A stretch of 64,000 nt of DNA from Vicugna vicugna (taxonomy: Eukaryota). Position numbers and translations under genes: made by a program. The stretch is taken from NCBI GenBank assembly GCA_013265495.1, contig MU061560.1, positions 496,001 through 560,000 of the forward strand. The letters run 5' to 3'. Shown piece by piece: positions 13,261-26,963 of this stretch; position 1 is the first letter of the stretch, and each line of letters opens with the position of its first letter. Below the pieces are notes generated by a model. It made no database searches, was not told where the DNA came from, and was given only the letters and a program-made list of their open reading frames with translations.

Positions 13261-14590
13261 TCTAAATGGATTCATTTTCAAAGTGGTTTCATCTTTTAAT
13301 TCATGACAGTGGTGATCTATTTTCAAAGATTCAGTTTGAACACTGCTTTATCCAGTTGGCAGCCCATTTTTGCAGAAGGGTGTCTGATAAAACTCCTTTA
13401 ATATGTTTTAACATGAGTCTCTAATAATTTCTCAGACAATACTTGGAGCTGTTAATAGCTTCTAAACTTTGTTTTATCTGAAGAAATTTTAAGGGGAGGA
13501 CAGAAAGTAGAACAGTACTGTAGTTTTTAATCAATATTAATCAAGAATCAATGGAAGTATTTACTCAATAGAGAGTTGATTGGATTTTATTAGCTTTTCT
13601 TGTTTTGAATAATAATTAAGGCTTTTATCTCTAATAATTCTCATTTTAGATATTTAGCTTCTATAAAAATGAAACTCTTTGTTTTGTAGTCAAATGATAG
13701 TTTCTTAAATGGCACATACTTTTTAATGATAGTGGATTTCCTGGTAGAAATTTTATTTTCTCCTGAACAAGGTCCAATCTGTTGTTAAAATCACCGTGTC
13801 AACTAGAAGAAAGGAAAACTTAATGTGCATATAAAGAGAAAATGCTGGCATATAATTTCTTGAAAAGTCTCTGAAATTTAGTATTTAATTTCTTATATCA
13901 GAAATTGAACTAAGAATTGACCTGTTCTCCTTCATCTGTCTCATGATACTTTAAAAGATTTTAAGTTGTAAATAAATATAACAGTGTTATCTATATAATC
14001 TCATTTTTAAAAAAACATGGGTAATAATAGCTCATATGTGTTCATCTGGAGTCTGAGTAAGCTAGTAAGACAAGGGTGTGTGGGGGGGACTGGGTGGGTG
14101 GGTGTGTATTTGTTCATTTCCAATCAAGCCATTCTTCTAGAGCCTTTAGGTCAGCTGTCACGCTCATGCTTTCTTGCTTTGTGTTTTGAACCACTCAATG
14201 ACTGGTGACTGACTGGCTGCTGGAAGGGAAGCTTTTAACAGCTTAGTGCTGGGGCCCCCCCGGCCCTCTCCTTCGCCTGCATTGTAGCAGCTGCATTCTG
14301 CCCTTTCTGTGGCCCTGCCAGGAAAGGGGATGGGGGTGGGGGTGGAGAGTGTGTGTGTGTGTGTGACAGCAGTCTCTGTCAGCACACATTATAAGGTTTC
14401 TCAAGCACATGGAATGAGATCTGTCTCAGGAAAACTCTTTGTCAAGGCCAGCACGTGTGGGAAGAGTATCTCTCTGCTTAGTCTGGTAACTGACTGTTTT
14501 TGTTGTGTGGGGCCAGAAGGAACTGAGTCACGAGACGTAGTTAGGCTCTACCTCCGTGTTTACCTGCCCTTTCCTTTTGAACTCTCCCAG

Positions 14591-14743
14591 GCTGCAGTAT
14601 CTGTCCAAAGATCACTAGAATTCCACCTTCTTTGAAGAGCAGCACAGCCACGCTGGTTGATCAGAATGTATCTGCTGAAGAGGCTCAGGGAATAAATGGG
14701 AAAACGCCAGCAAAACACGCAGCTGCAAGTCCAAAGCCACAAG
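14591..14743 (+). CDS. FGD4: FGD4 exon (153 nt); coding in long isoforms, 5'UTR in the canonical isoform
   Basis: Acceptor ttccttttgaactctcccAG|GC, donor AAG|GTACGC. Phase 1 to phase 1. Reads CSICPKITRIPPSLKSSTATLVDQNVSAEEAQGINGKTPAKHAAASPKPQ, in frame with the next exon, and resembles my recall of the long human FGD4 N-terminus. Confidence 0.85.
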
Positions 14744-16594
14744 GTACGCTCGTCGGCGGGGGGTGGGGGGTTGATCACGTCGGGTGCTTTGTTCATCGAT
14801 GAAGGCTACGCAGAAGAATGACAATCACTGAGAAAGAGCTTCAAGCTATAAATGAGAGGAATTGGGTGCATTTATTGTTTTCAGGAGAAAAGTCAGTCTG
14901 TGAACCTGCTCAGGCGGAGTTTCTGCTCCTAAAACACCTTGTACGTTTCTCTGTTATAGTTCTTTTCGTGCTGCAGAAATTATGTGTCCCCTTAATGGAA
15001 CTGTGATCTCTTCATGCGTTATGCGTGACACGGTACAGAGCCTAACTTACTGTGTGTGTAACAAATATGTAACAATGAATGTGTGTTTAGAAGTATTGTC
15101 AGAAAGTTACCATGACTTGCTAGATGTCAGAGGTTCTGTGGAAAATATCATTCCAAAATAGTGCATAATATACTTAGCAAGAACGTGATTTTACAATATT
15201 AAGGAACTGGGGCTCTTCAAGCTTCTTAGTAAAGACATCCACAGAAATTAAAAGTAAACAGTGCCTCCACTGAGGAATTGAGCATCCAACAAGGGGAAAA
15301 CTTTATACTGGTGGAAGCCTTTCAACGTTCCGTTTAGTGACCGTTTCCTTTTACAGATAAATTTCTAGTGAACTAGGTATTAACTTTGAGAAATAGCAAA
15401 ATTATAATTTTGATGATTGAGAGCAAGACCTTTTGAAATGGAACACAAAACTAAGCTATACTATGGCTTACTGTGTAGTTCCTAATATATTTTCATTTAT
15501 ATCAAATGAACATTCAGCTAAGAAACAATACTAGGCATTTTCAGAATCACTATACTTTGGAAAAGTCCATTTCTATGTGGATTATGTCGGATTTATTTTA
15601 GTTTCTTTCTTGTTCTTATGTTTCAAGGATTTCTGAAAGAGATCTTTAAAAGGGAGTTAAAAATGGAATCTTCTAGTTTATGGGATATTTTTCTTTTTTT
15701 CCTCACTACTAGCTATATTGGTGGTGGTACGGGATACGGCTGTCATGCAAGGTCAGATAACTGGAGATTCAAATGAGTAGCCCATCCATGAGTTTATAAC
15801 CTTATTTTTGACCATACTCCTCCCTATGACATTGGTGCAAATATGAACATAGAAATTTTTCTGATCATGATTTTATTTGCACAATACAGATTCCATCTTG
15901 CTTGTTAGACCTAAGCTGATGTCAAATAAGGTAAAAATATAAGACATAAATACAATTGAATTTTATGTAATTGCTCAGATCAAAAGCATGAATTTCATTA
16001 TTTATAAAGGCTGTTTGGAAAGATTCATTGTATCACTTTATTGTTTTTTTGTACTTCATTGAGATAAATTTTAGCAATGCCCTTCCTGAGCTCCCACGTG
16101 CCAAAACAATCCTATTCTTTAGGGAGAAGACACTGACCTTGCTTTTTTATTTTTTGTAGTTATATCAAAGTCTATGCATTGCTGTTTAAAAACATATGTT
16201 TACTTCCTATCCTGAATATGGATTAATATATAAAATTTTATATAACTACGGAGAATATTTCCAGGTATTAAGTAAACCATGGAGAGTACTTTCTACCTCG
16301 TTTTCAAAATACTCTCACTCATTGTTTGGCCCTTCCCTGGCCCCCACTAGCTAAAATTTTAACCCCCGTCTCACCCCTGAAATCTCTTTATTTCCTCATC
16401 CCTGCTTTGTTTTTTTCTCATTGGTTACAGTCTGGTCTACTATGTATTTAAGCCTTCATTTTTTTTTCTTTCTGTCTTTTACACTGCTGCATCCCCGTGC
16501 CTCTCGCACAGCAGAGCAGGCCTTCAGTAGTACTGTTGAATGAACCCCTGCTCCATCACCACATTTCCTTTTTACTTTGTTTAAAACTTAGAAT

Positions 16595-16673
16595 GGAGGG
16601 AGGGTATAGCTCAGTAGCAGAGTGCATGCTTAGCATGCACCAGGTCCTGGGTTCAATCCTCTGTACCTCCATT

Positions 16674-16726
<53 letters not shown>

Positions 16727-16735
16727 GAATTATTT
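16595..16735 (+). mobile_element. tRNA-derived SINE with (AGAT)13 tail at 16675-16726
   Basis: ggagggtatagctcagtagcagag...gggttcaatcc followed by a perfect tetranucleotide repeat. Degenerate TSD tttaaaact. Confidence 0.9.
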
Positions 16736-17110
16736 TTAAAACTAAAATAAGACTTGGAATGTATGCCATCTAGAGACCAGCATCCTGAAATGAGGCTCCA
16801 TCTTGGTATTGACAAATCAGCTGCCAAATGGATTGAGCACTGCTTACCTATTGACTTATGACTGATTGTGTTTCCCACCCTCTAGTGGAGAGAAGCCTTT
16901 TGATTCCTACAAACCCTTAAGGACATTTGGGTGGCCGAGGCTGAGGAGTGGGGGGTGGGGGGACTCCCTGCGCAGAGTGAGGGGCTATCACACTGACACC
17001 TCTCTTCCCATGTCCTTGTAAATCCCTCGTAAGGCACGCGTGGTGAGGCTGCTGGGACTTCAGGATCCATTATGGAATTTGACTTCAACTTGAAAACTCT
17101 TATTCTGGAT

Positions 17111-17306
17111 CAGTAGTTCTCAACTGGAGATCGTTTTGCAGGCCTGCCACGCCCCCTCGCTGGCTGCGTCTGGGACGAGCTGCTAGCTTCTGACGGGTGC
17201 AGGCTAGGTCTGCAGCACAGCGTCCTCCGGGGCACAGGCCAGCCCCCCAGCCGCCCCCCAACAAAGAAATACCCAACCTGAAGTGTCAGTAGTTTGAGAA
17301 ACTCTG
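17111..17306. mobile_element. hAT MITE (MER20-like)
   Basis: Termini CAGTAGTTCTCAA and TTGAGAAACTCTG. 8-bp TSD TTCTGGAT (17103-17110) / ATCTGGAT (17307-17314). Confidence 0.75.
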
Positions 17307-17484
17307 ATCTGGATCCTAAAAATAGCTTGTAATTAAGTTTTATTAGTTTCTCATGTGGAGTGCTAATAATATCATAGCTACAATTTATTTCAGTGATTTT
17401 TAAAAGGAGAGAATAATAAATACCTTTATTAGTGGTGACTGTGCTCTAGCAACATCAAGTTTATGTTTTTGTGTTTATTAATTA

Positions 17485-17740
17485 CAAGTAAGTAAATCCT
17501 AAGGATGTAATGTGCAGCATAGTGACTGTAGCCAATAATACTATGTTGTATATTTGAAAGTTGCTAAGAGAGATCTTGAAAGTTCTCATGACAAGAAAAA
17601 AAAATGTATAACTGTGTGTTGACGGATGTGAACTAGAGTTACCATGGTGATCATTTTGCAATGTATACAAATATCAAGTCAGCATGTTGTACCCCTGAAA
17701 CTAATACCGTGTTATATGTCAATTGTATCTCTTTTTAAAA
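17485..17740 (+). mobile_element. L1 3' end (L1MA9-like)
   Basis: tgttgtatatttgaaagttgctaagagag ... tgttgtacccctgaaactaataccgtgttatatgtcaattgtatctc. Confidence 0.8.
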
Positions 17741-18429
17741 TTACCAACAGGTAAATATTTTTGAAGAATTATATTTTTTAAAAGGATAAAAGAGTTAAAT
17801 TTTATATTAGATAAGCTTGCATCTGAATCTAAGCCTAAGGTACAGCTTTTGAAATGGATTCCTTATATAGTTAGAGCTAGTTTGGCCTCAGAAAATACCC
17901 TAAAGGACTTGGGAAACAGTGGTTTATTCACTTCACACCAATCCTACCGGTCAAGCAAACAAATTACTGAACAACTCCAATATAAGTCTTTCTTCCTGCT
18001 GACCACTTTTAATATTGGCCAATTTCCTGCCATGCTGGATAGACAGAAGTCAGAAGAACTTCCTAGAAATAAAAGGTAATTGTCCTTTTTCTCTTGGGAG
18101 CTTTAATCCATGACATTCTCCATAGTTAACTGTTTTGATAAAGCCCACATACTCACTTCTCAATCATTAAACCTTAATGTTTAGAAAAAGTTTCATGAGC
18201 TTTGAAAGCCACATTATTGTTCAAATAATTTAGTAAATATACTCAGTTTACTCAGTTGAGTAATTCATCACATCTGCCGTAAGTAAATAATTCTATGTGT
18301 AATGTTTCATTCTTAAAGTGTAATGTGTTACAAATTTACAATGCGTTAATATATAGCCGGCTCTTGTTTTTCATAGTAAGTAAAATAAGAGCAATTGAAA
18401 TCTACTGGTAATCCCCAAATTTCAACTGA

Positions 18430-18900
18430 TGTAAAGAAAAAAAAAATGTTGCTTGCTAGCGATTCCAGTTCTACAAGGGTCAAGCCAATGGCTATTGCCG
18501 TTGCCCACCAACTGTGTACCCCGAGGGGAATTCAGTGGAGAAAACCAGAGAGCACTCTGTGCTTCGGAGGCACCATCCCCTGGAGAGTTCAGATGGCTGT
18601 CTAAGGAAGAATTTCAATGACCCCAGATTCTTGAATCTTCCCTGCAAAGAAAAGCACTAAAATCATTAACTTGCAATGTCTATTCTCTGTGGTTAACAGT
18701 AGTCTTTTTATGCTTAACTACATGTTTTTTTCCAGTTTAAAAAAAAAAGTTTCTCTCTATCCTGGCTCCTCCCTTGCCTCTTTGGAACAGTTCTTCAGAG
18801 CCATCTGAGAGGCTGTCTCCCTGGCTATAGATCTCAGTAAAGTCCCGGGATAAAACTTAACGCTCAACTCTTCTGTTGGGTGTTTTTCTTTCATTTGACA
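18430..18900 (+). mobile_element. Solo LTR (ERV1-like)
   Basis: TGT...ACA termini. 3' part cttcagagccatctgagaggctgtctccctggctatagatctcagtaaagtccc resembles ERV1 LTR R/U5. No clean TSD. Confidence 0.55.
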
Positions 18901-19009
18901 GTGGCAATTAGTTCCTTTTTCATTCCCAATCATTATTTTGCATACTTGGAAATTTCTGAATAATCAATTTTTTGTTCTCGTTACCGTCTGTAAGATTTCC
19001 TGCAATAGA

Positions 19010-19870
19010 GCCCATTGTACTTAGAGTCAACTAGATGTCTTCAGCTGAGCATGTCCACAACTGGACTACCAACCTTCTCTACAGAAACTGCTTTATCTGT
19101 TGTGTCGGTCACTGCCAATTCTATCCTGCCAGCCATTCGGGCCAAATGCCTGAGTCAGTCTCCATCCCTCTCTCTTTCATACCTCACATTTAATCTAGCA
19201 GGGAAACTTCTTTTTAAAGTATACCTGAAGTCTCACTAGTTTTCGCTGCCTCCCTCTAAGCACTGTCACATACACAGTAACCTCCTAACTCTTCTCCTGG
19301 TTTCTGCCCTGCTCCCACCCTGCTTGTCTCCTTCTCAACTGCAGCCAGCGTGGTGCTGTTGGGATTCAAGCCATGTCGCGTCGTCCTCAGCTCAGAACTC
19401 TACGGGAACTTCCCCCTTCACTCAAAAGTCAAATTCCTTACAGTACTCCACCGGTCTGCATTATCATCCCTCCCTCTGACCTCAGTACCTGCTCTGCCCG
19501 CCCACCGGCCGCTTTGGCTCCCGTCACATCGCCCTCCGCTGGCCTCCAGCTTTCACTCGACCTGACTGAGAGCTCTTCCCCAGTAACTCCCTTCACTGCT
19601 TTCATTCTTGTTCAAATCTGCACTTCTCAAAGAGGCCCCCTTTGAACACCTTACTTAATACTGCAGTCTGCCCTTCCCCCCAACTCCCTACACTCCAGAT
19701 CCCTTCTATCTTGTTTTTTTAGCCCCTCTCCCCTTTTTTCTCCCAGCATTTAATACCTTCTGATACATGGTTTACTTACTTTTTTTGTTTCTTATCTTTC
19801 CCTTTATTCATTAACGTGGTTAAGTGCGTAGAACATAATTGGTATTCAATACATATTTGTTGGATCCATG
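19010..19870 (+). mobile_element. L2 LINE 3' fragment
   Basis: Pyrimidine-rich body (aacctcctaactcttctcctggtttctgccct); ends tattcaatacatatttgttggat. Confidence 0.7.
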
Positions 19871-22630
19871 AGAAAGTAAAAATTTAAAAAAAAACCTGTG
19901 TAGATATTTAAGAATTTTTCTAGGATATGTATATTCTGGAGATATATATATATATATATATGTATTTCCTAATGGATGCATTACTTTATACTCCTCAAAA
20001 TGTGTAAGTTTGCATCACTTCATAGCCTCAGTGACACTTCGTATTGTTAGATTTTGAAATTTTCGTTAATCTGATGGGGCTGAAGTAGTATCATATTGTG
20101 GACTTAATTTGCATTTCTCCAGTTACTGGTGAGATTGAACCCTATTTTTTCTGTTTACATCCTTTGGGCTGCAGGGGAAGAAGTACTACGTTGAGTTTTA
20201 GGTATAATGACCTGGAGGTGCGGATAGGACACCTAGAAGATGTCCAGAAAGCATTTGGAAATCAGATGTAAAAGGAAAATCAGAAATGATGAGGGAGACA
20301 AGAATCATCTTCACTCATCAGTTATCTTTTTAGCAAAGTACGCGCTGTCTTCCTCGAAGACAGTGGTTTTGACACTTTGGCCATTCCTGACCCTCGAGAT
20401 TTTTGTCTTATGCATGTAATATTTGTGTTCTTTGATTCAAATGTATAGTAAACCAGTAAATGTACACGTTGGGTTGTCTCCCTTGCTAAAACAGAAGCCT
20501 CCTCTCTGCTTCTAAAGTAACCGTGTACTTGATGCTCAGCTTTATCAGCGTCTTTAAACTGTCTCGCTGTTAGAATATGAGCTCCTTGCTGACGTGTTAA
20601 TTAATTAGTTCCTTCAGGTATTCTACGAATTTGCCTAGCACTGTGCAGGAAGTTACCGTGAATATGGTTGTGGTCAAAACAAACTTTCCTTACCCTCCCA
20701 GGACTCTAGCCTTGTTTCAGAGAAACCTTTATGTCTATAGTGTATTTAATACTTTCATGGCTGGTCTGTTATTTAATACTACTTATTACTACTTATCATG
20801 ATAATTTATTGTAAGCACTGTAGAAAGTGCACAGTGCTGTGAAGCAGTTTAAGAGAGGCGTAATTGAGATGGGAAGTCAGGAGAGTCATCTCTGAGAGAC
20901 TGACTGGCTAGTAACATACTATTTTATTTCCATCCTTCAATCAACAGTGTCTGAAATAATAATAGTAAATAAGGATATAGTAAAAGAAAATAACAATGAT
21001 GAAGGAACGTTCACTGAGTAAACTCTAGATTAGCTGGAGGAATTCTTTTATAACAGCGTTTACACACAGAATTGTAAAGAACATGTTAACTTCCTTCTTT
21101 GAATATTCTAGTTAGGAATATTGAAATTATTCCAAATGTTAAAACTTTTTTTTAGTGGGATATTGTCCTGGTTTACTGTTTTGGTATATGGTTGTCCTAC
21201 ACAGGAAATTTTTCCTTAAAATTAACAAATATCACACTTGTATAAGGCTCTTTCTTTCCCATGGATACTAAATTAACCTCCCCCAACCCCAAGTATATCT
21301 TGGAACATAGTATCATTTTCATTTTTAAAAAATCGTGTCATTTTTTTTTAACTGGAATTTTCTTCTTGTCTGTGTTGAAAAGGAAAATTGTACATTGTTA
21401 CACCTGTAGCTCTTTGTGAGTTTTTTTTCCCTCTCTCTGTAAGAATTGATAACTGGCACAGAAATAGTGAAATCTAGGCCAGTGAGCATCCGGCAACTGT
21501 CAGTGAGCTGAGCTTATAGAAGAGATGAGATTACTGAAATCCAGGGTACCCGGCTCTGAGAAAATGGAGCATAAGAAGCCGTGATTCGTCATCCTTTTTC
21601 CAGAAGTTAGGAGAAGAGTTTAAAAAAAAAAAAAAAGGAGATGATTCTTTGGATTTGTTTACAACTGGTGATAGAATATATAACGTGTAGGTATTTTTCT
21701 TCTATCCAGAATGTTAATCGAAGAGAAAAATGATACTAGTTTTCAAAATCGAAGTGAGTCCTGTGTTGGTTAAGCACTTATATTTTCTCATCTATGGAAT
21801 GTCTCATCCATTAGAGGAAATCTGTAGATTTTTTAGTATTTTGGAAATGATCTGTTCCTATTCTATTGAGTGGAGGGCTTAATAGTCAGCAAATGACTTG
21901 GGGTATATTAATGCCAGTCAGCTACTGAACTTCTGTAACCCCCTTTTGCAGATTTACAATGAGGAACAGAGGTAATAACTGGGCGGGGGGCGGGGCAGAG
22001 TGTCAGTATCAGGCGTAACATGGGATCAGCCTTGTTGCTCCAGGCCCCTCACTTAAGATCTAAGCCTTCACAGACATAGGAGGCAAGTAACAATACGTAC
22101 CTCCGAGGACTGCAAAGGAAACGTTTCATCTGTGATCAAAAGAGATGAGGTGCTTCTCTTAAGTGGGAGGATGCGCTAGTAATACAACGTTATACTACTG
22201 TTGTTTGTTGTTTTGTTGGCTTTTATGTCTAATCTACTAGCTCTGAATTCTGGTATGTCTGTTACCTCTCTGTTATTAGAAAGTCTTTTGTAGCAAGCAG
22301 TGCCTCTCAAGGAATTAGTTTCAAATTTATCACTTGCTTTTTTCTGTTTAGGTAGGTAACTACTGTGTTATCGCTAATAGAGTCTGGCATGCTGCAGCCA
22401 TGCATATGGATCCATAGATGTTTAGTGAAGCCATGTTTTAAATCACTTAGAATTGAAAGTACCACGTGAATCTTGGAGATGGGATTTCCACAGGACACAG
22501 AGAAAATGTCCGAGATAGATAAAAGTCCCTTGGTTAAAGTTCAGTACAAATTTGACAGACCCCTTTACAAAAGTTTGATGACGCGAAAAAGACTTTTACA
22601 TCCAGGGCACCAGAATATTTTTTTTGTTAA

Positions 22631-22864
<234 letters not shown>

Positions 22865-25786
22865 TAAGAGCTAACTTACACTGGGAGAAGGCAGAGGGGA
22901 GAAGAAAACTGGTTTTTGAAAAATACGATAGTTATAGATATGAAAATTTAAAAATATATAGTGTTTTACTCCATTAATTTGGTAGACCTTTAGAAAGAGT
23001 GACTTTCTTAAATGCTAATTTTGCCATAATATGAATTGTCATTTATTACATATTACCTTCTCCCGTTACTGTAGCCCAGCCCTCTCATCACACGTGTGCT
23101 GTGCAGATCCCTGGATGTGCTCTGTCTGGCTTCCTCTGTGCATGTCACTTTGTCTGCATGTTGTCACCCCTTGGAGTCACTCTGGTGATCGATAGGTACC
23201 TGGGTTGGAAAGGCAAGAGCTTGTCCCTGCCTCTTTGTTTCTTGCTCTTTGTGCTTGAATATAACTCCTGTGGGCCTGTCCTGTGTCTTCTTTAGGACCC
23301 ATTTTATTTAACGTGTGTCTTCTGTGTCCATTCAGTCCCTGTTTGCCCCTCTCCCCGTACCCTAGGTTTTGTGAAGAGGGACAGGCAACAGCAAAATTCC
23401 TGCTAAATTTCAGTCTGTATTTATTAGATCCAATGTTATATTCTTTAGTCCTAATGTTTCACAAAAGGTAGGTGAAACGTATGTTTCTCACTTAAAGATA
23501 AAAACCAAACTTACCGAAGTTGCTCTTCTGTACATGACCCTCAATTGTTTCTCCTTAGAATTCTCGTCACTGACTTAAATAGAATTTTTAAATTCTTTCA
23601 TCAGAAGGATTTTATTTTCATGTGTCACCAAAAGTCTGTATATAATTAAACCACATACGTAACTTTACTTTCATCCTTGAAGCCAAATGTTTCCATTCAT
23701 TCTAGCGTGGTACTTGGGGATGGTTTCCCAATGGGTGATTTCATTATTTATTTGCAGAATAAGGAGTTGTTTATGTACTGGATCATAGCTTGAAAGTACT
23801 TTAAAATCTTCTGGAAATTGTGACCAGCTACACCACTGCAGTGTCCCTCCTTTATGAGACTATATTTAGGAACAAGTTCTGGTGAAAAGTAGTTCAGAAG
23901 CCTGACTTCATTTTTCATTCTTTAGTCCATTATGGGAACCTGAGTCATACATCTGTCAACTTCAGCATTTCCTCTGAAGTAGGATTTTTAATACCTTTGC
24001 TACCTTAAATGATAGTCATCTTTACTAGAATGATTTATTTCCACTTAAATTTTTTTTTATTTCTCATGGCGAGTTGATTCAGTGGCACATGTTTGCAGAT
24101 TCCCAGGGCCATCTCCAGTGACTGCATGATGTAAGGAGGGGCTGAGCCCTGACCCCTATGCGTAGTGCACACCCAAGCCTGGGTCCCAAGATGTGGGGGT
24201 GGCTTTGGGAAGCCCTGAATGGGTCAGTATTCCAAAGACCGAGTCCTCTGATCCTCACCATTTTGGTAACCTCCTCTCCATACACAAAATGTACAGTTTT
24301 CCTACCTGTTAATATCAGTTTTCTTTTACTCTTTAGAGTTAACAGATTGCAAGTCATTTTCTGATGCAGAGTTTGAAGGTTGGATCTAAGAAGGGGTGTG
24401 CTGTAAATGTGTGACATTTTAAGCAAACTTGTTCTAAGTGCAGATAGGATGTAAATGTGAGCATTTGGGCCAGCCTGGTAAACGGATGTTACTTGCGGCA
24501 GAATCCACTGCCAACTTGAAAAATAATTATAAGTTTTTAATGTGGTATTTCCTGTAGGAGCAGGCCCTGAAGAGTGTTTGAATGGGTTAGTGTTGCGTTG
24601 GGTCTGTAGGACATTAATGGGAAATGTGTATTTCCTGTTGTGATGTCTGTGTGCCCACAGTGTAGCTGTAGGGTTTTGCCCCAGTTGGTACAGCCTGATC
24701 GAGCACTTTGTGGAGCAGAGGGAGATTTGGCAGGCTCTGAGTTACAGAAAGAACCAATGTCTGTTGCAGTGGAGTTACAGAAGACCATTACCGTACGGCA
24801 CTGTTAGAACCTAACCATGTGTCACAGTTTACTCTTTGCAATAATCTAAGTAACTCTGTTTTATCAAGAGTGATTTGGAGGATGTATTTGGAGCAAGTGA
24901 ATTTTGTGTATTTATTTTTTGCTGTGTTTTCTTGTTCCTTTTTTTTTTTTTTTTTGAGAGTAAGAGAAACTAGTATCTTTGACCTATGACAGACTTCAGG
25001 ATTTTAGAGAGAAGTAAATAACATTTTCCCACAAAACTGAACGTTGTTTTTTTCCCCAGGACCCTGCAAGGCCAGCTGTTTCTCCTCATGGTTTGTCACC
25101 CACAGGAATCTGCTCCGTATTGATTCAGCCACTGCTTTCACTAACCTCCCCCCCACCCCCCTACGCATTGCCTCTGGATGGCACTTATTACAGGAAACCC
25201 CTGCTTCTCATCCAAGGCAGCCCTTTCCCCAGATCCAAAGTAAGCCCAACGTTTGGTTCAGAGAATCTGCTGAGCATCTTTCCACTGTATTGTTGGACGC
25301 GGATGTGGCCAGGGAAAGGAGGACAGTTTCATTTAAATCTTCAAGGGCTTTTGGGGAAATCAGGCCTAAAATATACTCTCCTAGAAGTCAGATATCAGAA
25401 GTCAGATACAGTGTGAGATTTATTTATACTGACAACCTCCAACTTTTATATGACATTTTCCCTACCTTCCCTTCCCTTCCGGTGGTGGTGAACTTCACGG
25501 TGCCTTTCCCTGTCCTTTATTACTTTCTCACTGTCAGTCATCATTCCCTGCGCATTCTGCAGTCCAGACCAGCAGTGTCTGGGAGGAGTGCAGTGAAGGG
25601 GGTGAGGGCGCATCTCAGCCCTGCCCATGGACCTTGCCGCTGTGCCTACCCCCGCACCCCTCAGGAGCCCTCACCCCGTGACCGCTGCCCGTGCTGAGGA
25701 AGATGTCAGCCCTGGACTTTCTTCCCGCGTTTCGTATGCAGCCTGATCACCTGCTCCTCACTCCATCTTTCACATTCCAGTGAATT

Positions 25787-26010
25787 ATAATGTGGGGTTA
25801 AGACCACGGGGTTTAGAGTCAGACTTCTTGGTTTGAACACTGGCTTTAGCATTGTTAGCTGGGTGACATTGGCCACTTTATGTAAGTTTCTAAGCCTCAA
25901 TTTCTCTATATAAGGTGGGGTCCTTTAGTTTGGAATTATTATGAGTATGAAACAAGATCATCAGTGTAAAGGGCTTAGTGTAGCTTCTGGCACTTAATAA
26001 ATGTTAGCTG
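25787..26010 (+). mobile_element. MIR SINE
   Basis: ttagctgggtgacattggccacttt...taagcctcaatttctc; ends ggcacttaataaatgttagct. Confidence 0.7.
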
Positions 26011-26963
26011 CCATTGTTGAATTATTGTCATCACCACCATTCATTATTTATTGTTTGCGGAGTATTTATTGAGCACTGTCACATTTCAAGCACTGTGCTA
26101 AGAGGTGGGGATAAAGCGGAGAAGACCAGCACGTTCTGTACCATCAGAGAGTATTAGTCTGTTTTAATTTTTCCCCTCGTCGGGTCATAAGAATCTCTTC
26201 AAGACTGCAGCCCAGAGTTCTGTGTCTCCTCCCTGGAACCCTACATTCAAGTGCTATATAAATACTTCCTTAGGAGCATTGTTCCATTTTGGCAGTTAAA
26301 TTCCTTTGTACTATTAGGAGTATATATAATGTCAGGTAATAATAAGGATTTGAAAGAAAAATGGGATAGAATCTTGTAGACTATGATCAGGATGCTAGAT
26401 TGAGTGTTTGGGGAAGCCCTCAGAGTTTGACCTCTGTGCCCAACTTAAAAAAAAACCAGATTGGAGAGGATCAGCGTGGAAGCAGGGAGAGCAGTTAGGA
26501 GGCTGTGGCCACACATCTAACAAAGCTTTTGAGAAATGTGTTCTGCTTTCCAAACAAAAATAACCTTTGGTTTCTAACCTGTTCATAAATTGAGGGCTGA
26601 CTATACTTGTTTTTAAAATTTTTAAGAAAGTAAAAATCTTGAGAAAAGATGGCTTTATTAAATATATTTTTCACATCTAAGTCTTTACTAATTAGCCATA
26701 TTGATAAGCAGCCCAAGGAAATATTCCCAAACCTGTAGGTAAAGCTCAGGCTTAGCATCTATATATAAATGTTTATTTGAGTGTGAAGAGCATCCCAGAA
26801 GACTAAGAACTACTCTGGAATATTCTCATCCATGTTTCTAAAGCCAACAGAGGGAAAAAAAAGTCTTCACTAAATATCCCTAAACAGCTGGCATAAATTT
26901 GTTTTTATTCTAGAACTTGTCCATGCCAACATTTTCATACTTCCTTTGTATTTTATCTTTTAG

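Noticed and set aside
1..14590. FGD4 first exon or main promoter
   Set aside because: No CpG island or convincing exon seen; the region looks intronic, so the first exon is probably upstream of the window.
15357..15376. Possible 20-nt micro-exon (ttttacAG|...TAG|GTATTA)
   Set aside because: Weak donor and a frame-breaking length; cannot be supported without transcript data.
25044..25697. 217-aa ORF, the longest in the track
   Set aside because: Non-ATG (TTG) start, no recognisable domain, intronic, with a GC-rich 3' part. Most likely chance.
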